DNA from: an uncultured Rhodospirillales bacterium
Lineage (GTDB): Bacteria; Pseudomonadota; Alphaproteobacteria; UBA7985
Direction of reading: 5' to 3'
DNA length: 40,121 nt
Assembly: GCA_963978305.1 (NCBI GenBank)
Contig: CAXBRM010000003.1
Coordinates: 1 to 40,121, forward strand
How positions within the stretch are numbered: position 1 is the stretch's first letter; every line of letters starts with the position of its first letter. Under the pieces are notes generated by a model, which had not been told where the DNA came from, made no database searches, and was given only the letters and a program-made list of their open reading frames with translations. Positions 1 through 8,919 of this stretch are shown here, piece by piece. The position numbers and the translations under genes are program-made.

Positions 1-589
1 ACTGACAAGCACGGCGCCGCGTATAAAGCATAATGAAATCCTACGAACAGGCGGCATCACAGAGGCCGTCAACACGATTGGCCAAGGCGCCCAGCTAATT
101 GTGATTGGGAAACGTGGCAATACAGCTGATGTCAACAGCGACCTGATTGGAAGCAATTTAGAGACCGTCATTCGCGCGAGCCAGACACCGGTTTTTGTCA
201 CGAACAGAGCCTATGCGCGGCCAAAAAAATTTTTGATTGCCTATGATGGCGGGGCCAGTGTTGATCGCGCGATTGACTATATGGTGCGCTCGAACGCTTT
301 CAAAGGCATGTCAGGGGAGCTGGTCTCTGTTGGCTCAGAAAAAAGCGCCCTCAATGCCAAACAAAAGGTTGCTGCCGCCAAACTCTCTGATAACGGCTTG
401 CCAACCGAGACACACTGGTATGAAAACTCAAACGTTGAGGACACTATCGTACTCGCCGTGTCAAAACATCAAAGCGATCTACTCGTTATGGGTGCGTACG
501 GGCACAGCCGGATCCGCAATTGGGTTATTGGCAGCGCAACCAGCGCCATGGTTCGACGCTGCAAAATACCCATTCTGATGGTACGCTAA
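1..589 (+). CDS. Universal stress protein (tandem USP domains), 5' end outside the window
   Basis: The frame is open from base 2 (LTSTAPRIKH...QLIVIGKRG). Two USP signatures: VIGKRG...LIGSNLETVIRAS and VMGAYGHSRIRNWVIGSATSAMVR. Confidence 0.88.
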   Translation, partial: LTSTAPRIKHNEILRTGGITEAVNTIGQGAQLIVIGKRGNTADVNSDLIGSNLETVIRASQTPVFVTNRAYARPKKFLIAYDGGASVDRAIDYMVRSNAFKGMSGELVSVGSEKSALNAKQKVAAAKLSDNGLPTETHWYENSNVEDTIVLAVSKHQSDLLVMGAYGHSRIRNWVIGSATSAMVRRCKIPILMVR

Positions 590-623
590 AGCAATCCCAA
601 GCTGTCGCCGCTCAAGATCAAGG

Positions 624-1538
624 CTATGGCAGCCGAACACCGCGCCACGCAACCACGACTTGGTAATATTCTTCGCGAGTCATTTCAACATCAAACGCTC
701 GAGCTTGGTCCGCAATGCGTTCCGGCTGCTGGCTGCCAATGATGCTTACGACATTAGGGTTACTAATGAGGGTCCAGGCCAACGCTACATTAGCTCGGGT
801 TTGACCCTGCCGCTGAGCAATTTTATCCAAAGCAGCCGCAATGCGACCCATGTTGCTATCCTCAGAGGGATCTTGAGTAAGCAAATCGCCCCCGCCAAGC
901 GGGCTCCAGGCAACAAAAGTCACAGAGTGCTTCTGGCACTGATCAAGCGCACCGTCCCAAATCGGGTCCTGGCGTTTAGGCGAAAATTCGATTTGATTTG
1001 CGACCAACACGCCACCACCAAGCAAGGCGTCCAGGGCATCAAATTGACTTGGCAAATAATTGCTGACCGCCACCTCTTTGACCTTGCCGCTATCCTTGAG
1101 CAGCCGCAGGGCTTCTGCGACTTCAGCGTGAGGCGTCAGCCAGTCAGGCCGATGCACGTAAAACAAATCAATCACATCTGTATTCAAGCGCCGCAAACTT
1201 GCCTCACAAGATGCAACCAAGTGCTGTTTGCTGCTGTCGTATGGCGTTGGCGGGATGATCCCACCTTTGCTGGCCAGCAGCATTTCATCGCGCAGGCCTG
1301 GATTGGCTTTCAACGCTTGACCAAAAATTTCTTCTGCCAGTCCAAAATTTGGAAACCCATAGACCGCTGCTGTGTCGATCATGTCCATGCCGGCATCCAA
1401 TGCGGCGCGCGTTTTGCGATACGCCGCCTCTGCGTTTGCATCATCACCGTTTGCCAATCGCCAGTGACCATAGCTAATCGGGTTACATTGCAGACGGCCA
1501 ATTTGGCGTCGACCACGATTGGGTTTCAAAACTGACAT
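624..1538 (-). CDS. Aldo/keto reductase (YdhF-like)
   Basis: AKR catalytic tetrad motifs: DTAAVYG (D,Y), ASKGG (K), SLRRLNTDVIDLFYVHRPD (H); also VSN, NQIEFS and WSPLGGG. Start placed at the ATG at 1538 (MSVLKP); the ORF extension to 1661 looks non-coding. Confidence 0.88.
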   Translation of the reverse strand: MSVLKPNRGRRQIGRLQCNPISYGHWRLANGDDANAEAAYRKTRAALDAGMDMIDTAAVYGFPNFGLAEEIFGQALKANPGLRDEMLLASKGGIIPPTPYDSSKQHLVASCEASLRRLNTDVIDLFYVHRPDWLTPHAEVAEALRLLKDSGKVKEVAVSNYLPSQFDALDALLGGGVLVANQIEFSPKRQDPIWDGALDQCQKHSVTFVAWSPLGGGDLLTQDPSEDSNMGRIAAALDKIAQRQGQTRANVALAWTLISNPNVVSIIGSQQPERIADQARAFDVEMTREEYYQVVVAWRGVRLP

Positions 1539-1733
1539 GCAAAGCCCCATCAAAAAATCTAAACTAGGCCTCAAAACTATACAACAGATCGTCGTGCGCC
1601 AAGGGGCTTTAACAAATATGAGTGGGCGGCTTGCAGAGATTGGGACTAGCCGCCCAATCAATCGAACAGTAAGCTAAAGCTACTGCGATATCCAATGCGG
1701 TTTTTTGGACCCCAAATAGAAGAGAGCTCAACA

Positions 1734-3686
1734 ATGGTTGCGATCACCCTGCCCGACGGCGCCGTGCGTCAATTTGATCATTCAGTCACCGGCATGGAGA
1801 TTGCAGCAAGCATCAGTGAAGGGCTCGCGAAAAAAGCGCTGGCCGTTAAGGTGAACGGGGTTGCCTGGGATCTGAGCCGAGCCATTACAGAAGATGCGCA
1901 TGTCGCCCTTATCGTCCGCGACAAAGCCGACCCTGAGGCTCTCGAAATTATTCGCCACGATTGCGCGCATGTTTTGGCTGAGGCCGTTCAAGAGCTGTTT
2001 CCTGGCACTCAGGTAAGCATCGGACCTGCAATCGAAAATGGCTTTTACTATGACTTTTACCGCAGCGAGCCATTCCGTCCGGAAGACCTCGAAACCATCG
2101 AAACAAAAATGGCGGAAATTATTGATCGGGGTGACAGCTTTACACGCGAGATCTGGGATCGTGAAACAGCCATCGGCTACTTCCAGGAGCAAAACGAAAA
2201 ATTTAAAGTTGAACTGGTCGAAGACCTGCCTGAGGATGAGACCATCACAATTTACAAACAGGGTCGTTGGACCGACTTGTGCCGCGGTCCACATGCACCG
2301 ACCACCAAATATATCGGTAAAGCCTTCAAACTGCAGCGCGTGTCAGGGGCCTATTGGCGTGGCGATAGCAGTCGGGAACAAATGCAGCGGATTTATGGTA
2401 CCGCCTGGGAAAACCCAAAACAACTGAAAGCTTATCTATTACAGCTTGAAGAAGCGGCGAAGCGAGACCATCGCAAGCTGGGCCGTGAGATGGAACTGTT
2501 TCACATCCAAGAAGAGGCAACCGGCAGTATTTTTTGGCACCAAAAGGGCTGGCAGCTCTACCGGACAATCGAATCCTATATGCGCGATCGCTTGGAAAAT
2601 GCCTCATATCAAGAGGTCAAAACACCACAGCTGCTTGATCGCAAGCTTTGGGAAGCATCTGGGCATTGGGAAAAATTCCGTGAAAATATGTTTACAACGG
2701 GCGATGCCGTTGAAGAAGGCGATAGTGAGCCCAAAATTCTTGCCATAAAGCCGATGAACTGCCCTTGCCATGTTCAAATCTTTAACCAAGGCGTCAAGAG
2801 TTATCGCGATCTTCCCTTGCGGATGGCGGAGTTTGGCAGCTGCATGCGAAATGAAAGCAGCGGATCTCTGCACGGCATCATGCGGGTTCGAGCCTTTACC
2901 CAAGACGATGCGCATATTTTTGCCCGGCCTGACCAAATTAACAGCGAAACCATCAGTTTCTGTTCGTTGTTGCAAAGCGTCTACAGCGACTTTGGCTTTA
3001 CAGAAGTCATGGTCAAATTCTCTGATCGTCCTGAAAAACGTGCTGGCAGCGATGAAACTTGGGATCAAGCCGAAAACGCTTTGCGCGAAGCCATCGAAGC
3101 GGCAGGTTTGCCCTATGAAATGAATCCTGGCGAAGGCGCGTTTTACGGCCCGAAGCTCGAGTTTGTGCTCAAAGACGCCATCGGCCGTGATTGGCAATGT
3201 GGAACGTTACAGGTCGATTTTGTCCTGCCGGAACGGCTAGGGGCGCAGTTCATGGACGAAGATGGCGAACGCAAACGCCCTGTGATGCTCCACCGGGCGA
3301 TCTTGGGATCGTTCGAACGCTTCATCGGTATCTTAATCGAAAACTTCGAAGGCAAGTTTCCGCTGTGGCTCGCCCCACAGCAGATTGTTGTTGCGACCAT
3401 CACCAGTGAAGCAAACACTTATGCCGAACATGTCGCTGCTCAAATGCATCAGGCCGGTCTTCGGGTCACAACCGACCTCCGAAATGAGAAAATCAACTAT
3501 AAAGTGCGTGAGCATAGCCTCTCGAAAGTGCCAATTATTGCTGTTGTCGGCAGAAAAGAAGCTGAAGACGGTAACGTCGCGTTGCGGCGTTTAGGTGGAA
3601 AAGAGCAGGATATTCAATCCCTCAACAATGCCATCACCACTTTGACCGCGGAAGCAACACCACCGCACCTTCGCCTCACCGAATAA
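1734..3686 (+). CDS. thrS: Threonine--tRNA ligase
   Basis: TGS N-terminus (ITLPDG), DLCRGPH editing motif, [35 protein letters not shown]. Start at ATG 1734. Confidence 0.98.
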   Translation: MVAITLPDGAVRQFDHSVTGMEIAASISEGLAKKALAVKVNGVAWDLSRAITEDAHVALIVRDKADPEALEIIRHDCAHVLAEAVQELFPGTQVSIGPAIENGFYYDFYRSEPFRPEDLETIETKMAEIIDRGDSFTREIWDRETAIGYFQEQNEKFKVELVEDLPEDETITIYKQGRWTDLCRGPHAPTTKYIGKAFKLQRVSGAYWRGDSSREQMQRIYGTAWENPKQLKAYLLQLEEAAKRDHRKLGREMELFHIQEEATGSIFWHQKGWQLYRTIESYMRDRLENASYQEVKTPQLLDRKLWEASGHWEKFRENMFTTGDAVEEGDSEPKILAIKPMNCPCHVQIFNQGVKSYRDLPLRMAEFGSCMRNESSGSLHGIMRVRAFTQDDAHIFARPDQINSETISFCSLLQSVYSDFGFTEVMVKFSDRPEKRAGSDETWDQAENALREAIEAAGLPYEMNPGEGAFYGPKLEFVLKDAIGRDWQCGTLQVDFVLPERLGAQFMDEDGERKRPVMLHRAILGSFERFIGILIENFEGKFPLWLAPQQIVVATITSEANTYAEHVAAQMHQAGLRVTTDLRNEKINYKVREHSLSKVPIIAVVGRKEAEDGNVALRRLGGKEQDIQSLNNAITTLTAEATPPHLRLTE

Positions 3687-3826
3687 AGCGCCATTCGCGC
3701 ATTAAGCGAACAGTTTCTTCACCATTATGCGGCTTTTACCACGTCTGCTCTTTACCATTACGGCTTGCCCCTATAGAAGCCGGAAAGAGTAACGCTTTTT
3801 CGACAACAATAACAGGAGTATGTCCT

Positions 3827-4369
3827 ATAGCACGCGGCCGTTTTGATAGAACCCCTCCGGCAAAAGACAAACACCGGATTAACGAGAATATTCGAATCCC
3901 TCAGGTTAGACTGATTGGGGCCGAAGGCGAGAACGTCGGTGTCATAGACACAGATCGTGCATTGGACATGGCAATCGAAGCCCGAATGGATCTTGTCGAA
4001 ATTTCGCCTGGTGGCGATCCGCCAGTGTGCAAGATCATGGACTACGGAAAGTTCAAATTTCTTGAGCAAAAAAAGAAAAAAGAAGCCAAGAAAAACCAAA
4101 AAATCGTTGAGACCAAGGAAATTAAAATGCGGCCCGGGATCGACGAGCACGATTACCAGACCAAAATGAAAGCCGTTGGCGGTTTTTTAGGTAAGGGCGA
4201 TAAAGTAAAATTTACGATCCGTTTCCGGGGTCGTGAAATGGCACACCAGGACAAGGGCATGGAGGTTCTCGTCCGCGTTCGTGACGAACTCGGCGACAGC
4301 GATGTCAAAATCGAAGCTCAGCCCAAAATGGAGGGTCGCCAAATGACGATGGTGGTCGCGCCAAAGTAG
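3827..4369 (+). CDS. infC: Translation initiation factor IF-3, non-canonical ATA start
   Basis: The frame extends upstream of the ORF-track start as (ATA)ARGRFDRTPPAKDKHRINENIRIPQVRLIG. AGGAG at 3814-3818 lies 8 nt before ATA 3827. Motifs PPVCKIMDYGKF, KEIKMRPGIDEHDY, FRGRE. Sits between thrS and rpmI. Confidence 0.95.
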   Translation: MARGRFDRTPPAKDKHRINENIRIPQVRLIGAEGENVGVIDTDRALDMAIEARMDLVEISPGGDPPVCKIMDYGKFKFLEQKKKKEAKKNQKIVETKEIKMRPGIDEHDYQTKMKAVGGFLGKGDKVKFTIRFRGREMAHQDKGMEVLVRVRDELGDSDVKIEAQPKMEGRQMTMVVAPK

Positions 4370-4482
4370 TCCAGCGCCCAGCTATTGGTTAGACGATATG
4401 GCAGCGACCTGATTGGTTTGTTTTGAAATGTGGACAAACGCTAAGGTCGCCGCGCCGTCATATCTCATAATCGGGAGAAAGA

Positions 4483-4510
4483 CTTGCATCTAAAGGCGCT
4501 TGCTATATAG
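4483..4510 (+). promoter_or_regulatory. Putative sigma70 promoter for rpmI-rplT
   Basis: CTTGCA...GCTATAT arrangement typical of alphaproteobacterial housekeeping promoters, about 95 nt upstream of rpmI. Confidence 0.55.
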
Positions 4511-4603
4511 ATCGCCCTCCGGTTCTGCGCTCGGGTCCATGACATACCCAGCCAGGCTTTTGCCAAGCCAACTTGGCCGACATACAAGTACAGAGAGAAG
4601 CAA

Positions 4604-4804
4604 ATGTCTAAGATGAAGACCAAAAGTGGTGCGAAAAAGCGTTTTCGCCTGACTGCTAGCGGTAAAGTCCGCATGAATGCGGCCTTCCGCCGTCACATGA
4701 TGATCAACAAGTCCCGCAAAATGAAGCGACAGTCGAAAGGCACCGATATTCTGTGCGATGCTGACGCCAAAATTGTGAAGACCTATATGCCTTATCACCG
4801 TTAA
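4604..4804 (+). CDS. rpmI: 50S ribosomal protein L35
   Basis: [22 protein letters not shown]; 66 aa basic protein between infC and rplT. Confidence 0.97.
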   Translation: MSKMKTKSGAKKRFRLTASGKVRMNAAFRRHMMINKSRKMKRQSKGTDILCDADAKIVKTYMPYHR

Positions 4805-4857
4805 GCGCTCGAGCTTGCGGCAGATCATTGAATTGTTGACGAAAAAGGAACAAACTC

Positions 4858-5214
4858 ATGGCTCGAGTAAAACGCGGTGTCACTAGTCACGCTCGCCACA
4901 AAAAAATCTTAAAGCTCGCGCGCGGTGCACGCAACCGGCCAAGCAAAACAATCCGTGCAGCCAAGCAGCGGGTTGATAAAAACTTACAATATGCGTACCG
5001 CGACCGTCGCACCAAAAAGCGCTTTTTCCGCAGTCTGTGGATCCAGCGGATCAATGCTGGCGCCCGCATCCACGACATGACCTATAGTCAAATGATCAAT
5101 GGCTTGAACAAGGCCGGCATTGACGTCGACCGCAAGGTATTGGCCGATCTGGCGATGCATGAAGCTGGCGCCTTCAAGGCCATGGTGGATGCTGCCAAAG
5201 GCGCTTTGAACTAG
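4858..5214 (+). CDS. rplT: 50S ribosomal protein L20
   Basis: [38 protein letters not shown]. Confidence 0.98.
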   Translation: MARVKRGVTSHARHKKILKLARGARNRPSKTIRAAKQRVDKNLQYAYRDRRTKKRFFRSLWIQRINAGARIHDMTYSQMINGLNKAGIDVDRKVLADLAMHEAGAFKAMVDAAKGALN

Positions 5215-5225
5215 GCGCCTTCTTT
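5198..5225 (+). terminator. Possible weak intrinsic terminator spanning the rplT stop codon
   Basis: AAGGCGC...GCGCCTT stem followed by CTTT. Confidence 0.4.
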
Positions 5226-5445
5226 GGTCTAAGTTCTCAACGATCGCCTGATGGTGGCACGAAAACCGCGTTTCAAAGCAAGCGAAAGAACAGTGCTAGC
5301 CTGGTAACGGGATAATATTACATTTTTTTATCGCCTATCGTCGGGTTAGCGATACCCCACCCTTCACATCCGCATACCAAAACGCAGACAATCCCGCTAA
5401 GCTAGGCGGCATACAGCGTAACGACTTTTGCGAAAGCCATGAGCG

Positions 5446-6516
5446 ATGGATTTATCGGCACTTAAAGACAGTCTTCTCGAACGGGTGAACGATGCCATGG
5501 ATTTGGACGCGTTGAACCAGGTCCGCGTCGCAGCGCTCGGCAAAAAAGGCGAGATCACAGCCCAGATGAAAAACCTCGGCCAGATGGATGCTGAAACGCG
5601 AAAAGCTGCTGGGCAAGCGTTGAACGAACTCAAAGAAGAGATCGGCTCAGCAATCAACCAAAAACAAGAGACATTGGAAGACGCCGTCCTGAATGCACGG
5701 CTCACGACTGAGTGGATCGATACAAGCCAACCAACCAAACCAAGGCAACAGGGTCATATTCATCCGATCACTCAGACGATCGATGAAATCATTTCTATCT
5801 TTGGTGAAATGGGATTTACCTGGGCAGAAGGCCCAGAAGTGGAAGACGACTGGCACAATTTCACAGCGCTCAACATTCCAACAGATCATCCCGCACGCCA
5901 AATGCAGGATACCTTTTACATGCATGGCCACAGCGGCGATGAAGGCAGCCTGGTCTTGCGAACCCATACCAGCCCAGTGCAGGTCCGGACCATGATGAGC
6001 CAAGAGCCACCGATTCGCGTCATTGTGCCCGGCAGGACTTTCCGTTGCGATTCTGACGCCACCCACAGCCCCATGTTCCATCAGGTTGAGGGCCTGGTCG
6101 TCGATGAGAGCGCAAACATGAGCCAGCTAAAGGGCTGCTTGCTCGAATTTTGTCGGACCTACTTTCAAGCGCCCGACCTGACGATCCAATTTCGGCCGAG
6201 TTATTTTCCGTTCACAGAACCAAGCGCGGAAGTCGATATTCGCTGCGATCGGAGTGGGGACGAACTGCTCATTGGTACTGGCAACGACTGGATGGAAATT
6301 CTGGGATGCGGCATGGTGAACGCGCGCGTGCTCGAAATGGCGGGCATCGACAGCGAGAAATACCAGGGCTTTGCCTTTGGGATGGGCATTGAGCGTATCG
6401 CGATGCTGAAGTACGGAATTCCCGACTTACGCACCTTTTACGACGGTGATGTCCGTTGGATCGACCACTACGGCTTTGATAGTCTCAACATCCCAAACTT
6501 GTTGCGGGGGGCTTGA
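5446..6516 (+). CDS. pheS: Phenylalanine--tRNA ligase alpha subunit
   Basis: HPARQMQDTFY, LRTHTSPVQ, THSPMFHQVEGL, FRPSYFPFTEPSAE, GFAFGMGIER. Confidence 0.98.
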   Translation: MDLSALKDSLLERVNDAMDLDALNQVRVAALGKKGEITAQMKNLGQMDAETRKAAGQALNELKEEIGSAINQKQETLEDAVLNARLTTEWIDTSQPTKPRQQGHIHPITQTIDEIISIFGEMGFTWAEGPEVEDDWHNFTALNIPTDHPARQMQDTFYMHGHSGDEGSLVLRTHTSPVQVRTMMSQEPPIRVIVPGRTFRCDSDATHSPMFHQVEGLVVDESANMSQLKGCLLEFCRTYFQAPDLTIQFRPSYFPFTEPSAEVDIRCDRSGDELLIGTGNDWMEILGCGMVNARVLEMAGIDSEKYQGFAFGMGIERIAMLKYGIPDLRTFYDGDVRWIDHYGFDSLNIPNLLRGA

Positions 6517-6519
6517 CCA

Positions 6520-8919
6520 ATGAAATTCACTCTTTCCTGGCTAAAGCAGCATTTAAACACTGACGCAACCCTGACCAAAATCACCGACAAGCTCACCGCC
6601 ATTGGTCTCGAGCTTGAAGATATCGATGAAGGCCCGTTGGCGCCTTTTGTCGTGGCCCATGTTGTCGAAGCCAATCAACACCCGAACGCCGACAAACTGC
6701 GCGTGTGCACTGTTGATGCGGGTACGGGTAAGACCTTCAATGTCGTGTGTGGCGCACCGAACGCACGCACTGGTATGAAAGGCGTTTTTGCCCCCGTCGG
6801 CACCTATGTGCCTGGAACAGACATGATGTTGGAGCTTGGCAACCTGCGCGGTGAGCGTAGCGAGGGCATGCTGTGCTCTGAGCGTGAACTGATGCTGAGC
6901 GATGATCACGACGGCATCATTGATCTGCCAGCAGACGCCCCTGTCGGCGTTCGCTACATTGACTATCAAGGCCTTGCTGATCCTGTGATCGAAATCAACG
7001 TAACGCCCAACCGTGGTGATGCTCTGGGTGTAAGGGGCGTGGCACGGGATCTGGCAGCTGCGGGTTTGGGCACCTTGAAACCGCAACGAGCCGAATTCAT
7101 GGGTGGCGCTGGCGCGTCTCCCAAAAGCGTTCACATTGATACCAGTAATTGCCCTGTTTTCTTCTACCGTGTCATCCGTGGTGTAAAAAATGGCGAAAGT
7201 CCGAAATGGGTCCAAGAGGCCTTGAAAGCTGTCGGTGAACGACCAATCAGTGCATTGGTCGACATCACCAACCTCATGACGCTAGACCAGGCACGACCAA
7301 TGCATGTTTATGACTTGGCGAAAGTCAAAGGTGATTTGCGCGTTCGTCTTGGTCAGGACGGCGAGAAGCTGGCCGCGCTCAACGACAAAACCTACAGTTT
7401 TGATGAGCATATGACCTTGGTAACCGATGACAGTGGACCCATCGGCGTCGGCGGTATCATCGGCGGCGCCAGCACGGGCGTCGACGAAACCACAACCGAC
7501 GTGCTCCTGGAAGGGGCTTTATGGGACGCCACCAACATCGCACGGACAGGACGAAAGTTAAACGTTCATACGAATGCACGCTATCGTTTCGAACGTCATA
7601 CTGATTCTCAAAACCTGGCCGAACACATGGGCGTAGCGACCCAACTGATCCTTGATTGGTGCGGCGGGGAAGCGGGTGAGTTGCAGCAAGCTGGTGCCGT
7701 GCCCAGCTGGACCAAAGTGCTAAACTATGCCCCGAGCCTTTGCGCCAAAAGAGGCGGATTGGATGTGCCCGCCGTGCGTCAACGCGAAGTGCTGGAAACA
7801 TTAGGCTTTGGCGTTGATCAGGTTGGGGACGATGGCTTTAGCGTCACGGTGCCGAGTTTCCGCCCAGATATCGACCGAAAGGAAGACTTGGTCGAGGAAG
7901 TCTTGCGGATTGTAGGTTACAATGAAATTCCTGAGGCTGAATTCGTACGCTCTACCAACATGCCCAACAGTGTCGTCAGCACCGAACAGCGCAAACGGCT
8001 GGCGGTCCATCGTGCTCTGGCCGCCCAGGGCCTCAATGAAGCCGTTATGTTCAGTTTCACCAACAGCAGGATAGCCCAACACTTCGGCTGGGATCAGGAC
8101 AAGCAGGTTGCACTGAAAGTCGCGAACCCGATTAGCGAAGAGCTGGATGTGATGCGTCCAAGTCTGCTACCGAACCTGCTGGACGCTGCCAAACGAAACG
8201 CCGCGCGTGGTTACCCTGATATTGCGCTCTTTGAGGTGGGCCTGCGCTTTGACGACGTCACACCGGAGGGACAAAAGCGCTCGGTTGCCGGTATCCGCAC
8301 CGGCAAAATGACGCCCAATCATTGGACTGGCACCCCAGCCCCCGTTGATGCTTTTGATGCAAAGGCCGACTTAATACAGGCGTTGCGCGCTTATGAGGCA
8401 CCAGTTGACACTGCCCAAAGCAGTCGCGAGGTTCCCCCCTGGTATCACCCCGGGCGAAGCGGTGCTCTAACCCTTGGCAAGACCGTTTTGGGCGTGTTCG
8501 GTGAATTGCACCCAAAAGTTATTAAGGCCATGGGGATCAAAGGCCGCGTCGTGGCGTTTGAAGCCTATTTAGATGCTGTGCCAGTACCGCGAAAACCGGG
8601 TAGAATCGGCACCCAAAAACCATTGCTCAAACCGAGCGCGCTCCAACCCGTCCACAAAGACTTTGCTTTTGTGGTCGATGAGCACACCGCCGCTGACGCG
8701 GTAATACGGGCGACCAAAGGCGCTGACAAAAAGCTGATCACCGACGTCAGCCTGTTTGACGTATACCGTGGTGAAGGCATTGCAAATAACAAAAAAAGCT
8801 TAGCGGTCGCCGTGACCATTCAGCCTAGCGATGCGACATTGACCGATGACCAGCTCGAATCAATCGCTGATAAAATCATCGCCAACGTCAACAAAATTGG
8901 TGGTGTTTTGCGCGCTTAA
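6520..8919 (+). CDS. pheT: Phenylalanine--tRNA ligase beta subunit
   Basis: MKFTLSWLK, HPNADKL, VVCGAPN, SEGMLCS, TPNRGD, DLVEEVLRI, C-terminal FDX-ACB domain (LFDVYRG..KKSLA); directly after pheS. Confidence 0.98.
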   Translation: MKFTLSWLKQHLNTDATLTKITDKLTAIGLELEDIDEGPLAPFVVAHVVEANQHPNADKLRVCTVDAGTGKTFNVVCGAPNARTGMKGVFAPVGTYVPGTDMMLELGNLRGERSEGMLCSERELMLSDDHDGIIDLPADAPVGVRYIDYQGLADPVIEINVTPNRGDALGVRGVARDLAAAGLGTLKPQRAEFMGGAGASPKSVHIDTSNCPVFFYRVIRGVKNGESPKWVQEALKAVGERPISALVDITNLMTLDQARPMHVYDLAKVKGDLRVRLGQDGEKLAALNDKTYSFDEHMTLVTDDSGPIGVGGIIGGASTGVDETTTDVLLEGALWDATNIARTGRKLNVHTNARYRFERHTDSQNLAEHMGVATQLILDWCGGEAGELQQAGAVPSWTKVLNYAPSLCAKRGGLDVPAVRQREVLETLGFGVDQVGDDGFSVTVPSFRPDIDRKEDLVEEVLRIVGYNEIPEAEFVRSTNMPNSVVSTEQRKRLAVHRALAAQGLNEAVMFSFTNSRIAQHFGWDQDKQVALKVANPISEELDVMRPSLLPNLLDAAKRNAARGYPDIALFEVGLRFDDVTPEGQKRSVAGIRTGKMTPNHWTGTPAPVDAFDAKADLIQALRAYEAPVDTAQSSREVPPWYHPGRSGALTLGKTVLGVFGELHPKVIKAMGIKGRVVAFEAYLDAVPVPRKPGRIGTQKPLLKPSALQPVHKDFAFVVDEHTAADAVIRATKGADKKLITDVSLFDVYRGEGIANNKKSLAVAVTIQPSDATLTDDQLESIADKIIANVNKIGGVLRA

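Noticed and set aside
660-1535. 291-aa plus-strand ORF
   Set aside because: Antisense shadow of the aldo/keto reductase with no recognisable motifs. The same applies to the many ORFs nested in thrS, pheT, the GcvT genes, alaS and carB (e.g. 35913-36680).
5251-5307. Possible pheM-like leader peptide MVARKPRFKASERTVLAW
   Set aside because: Only one Phe codon, no clear SD, and no terminator/antiterminator pair.
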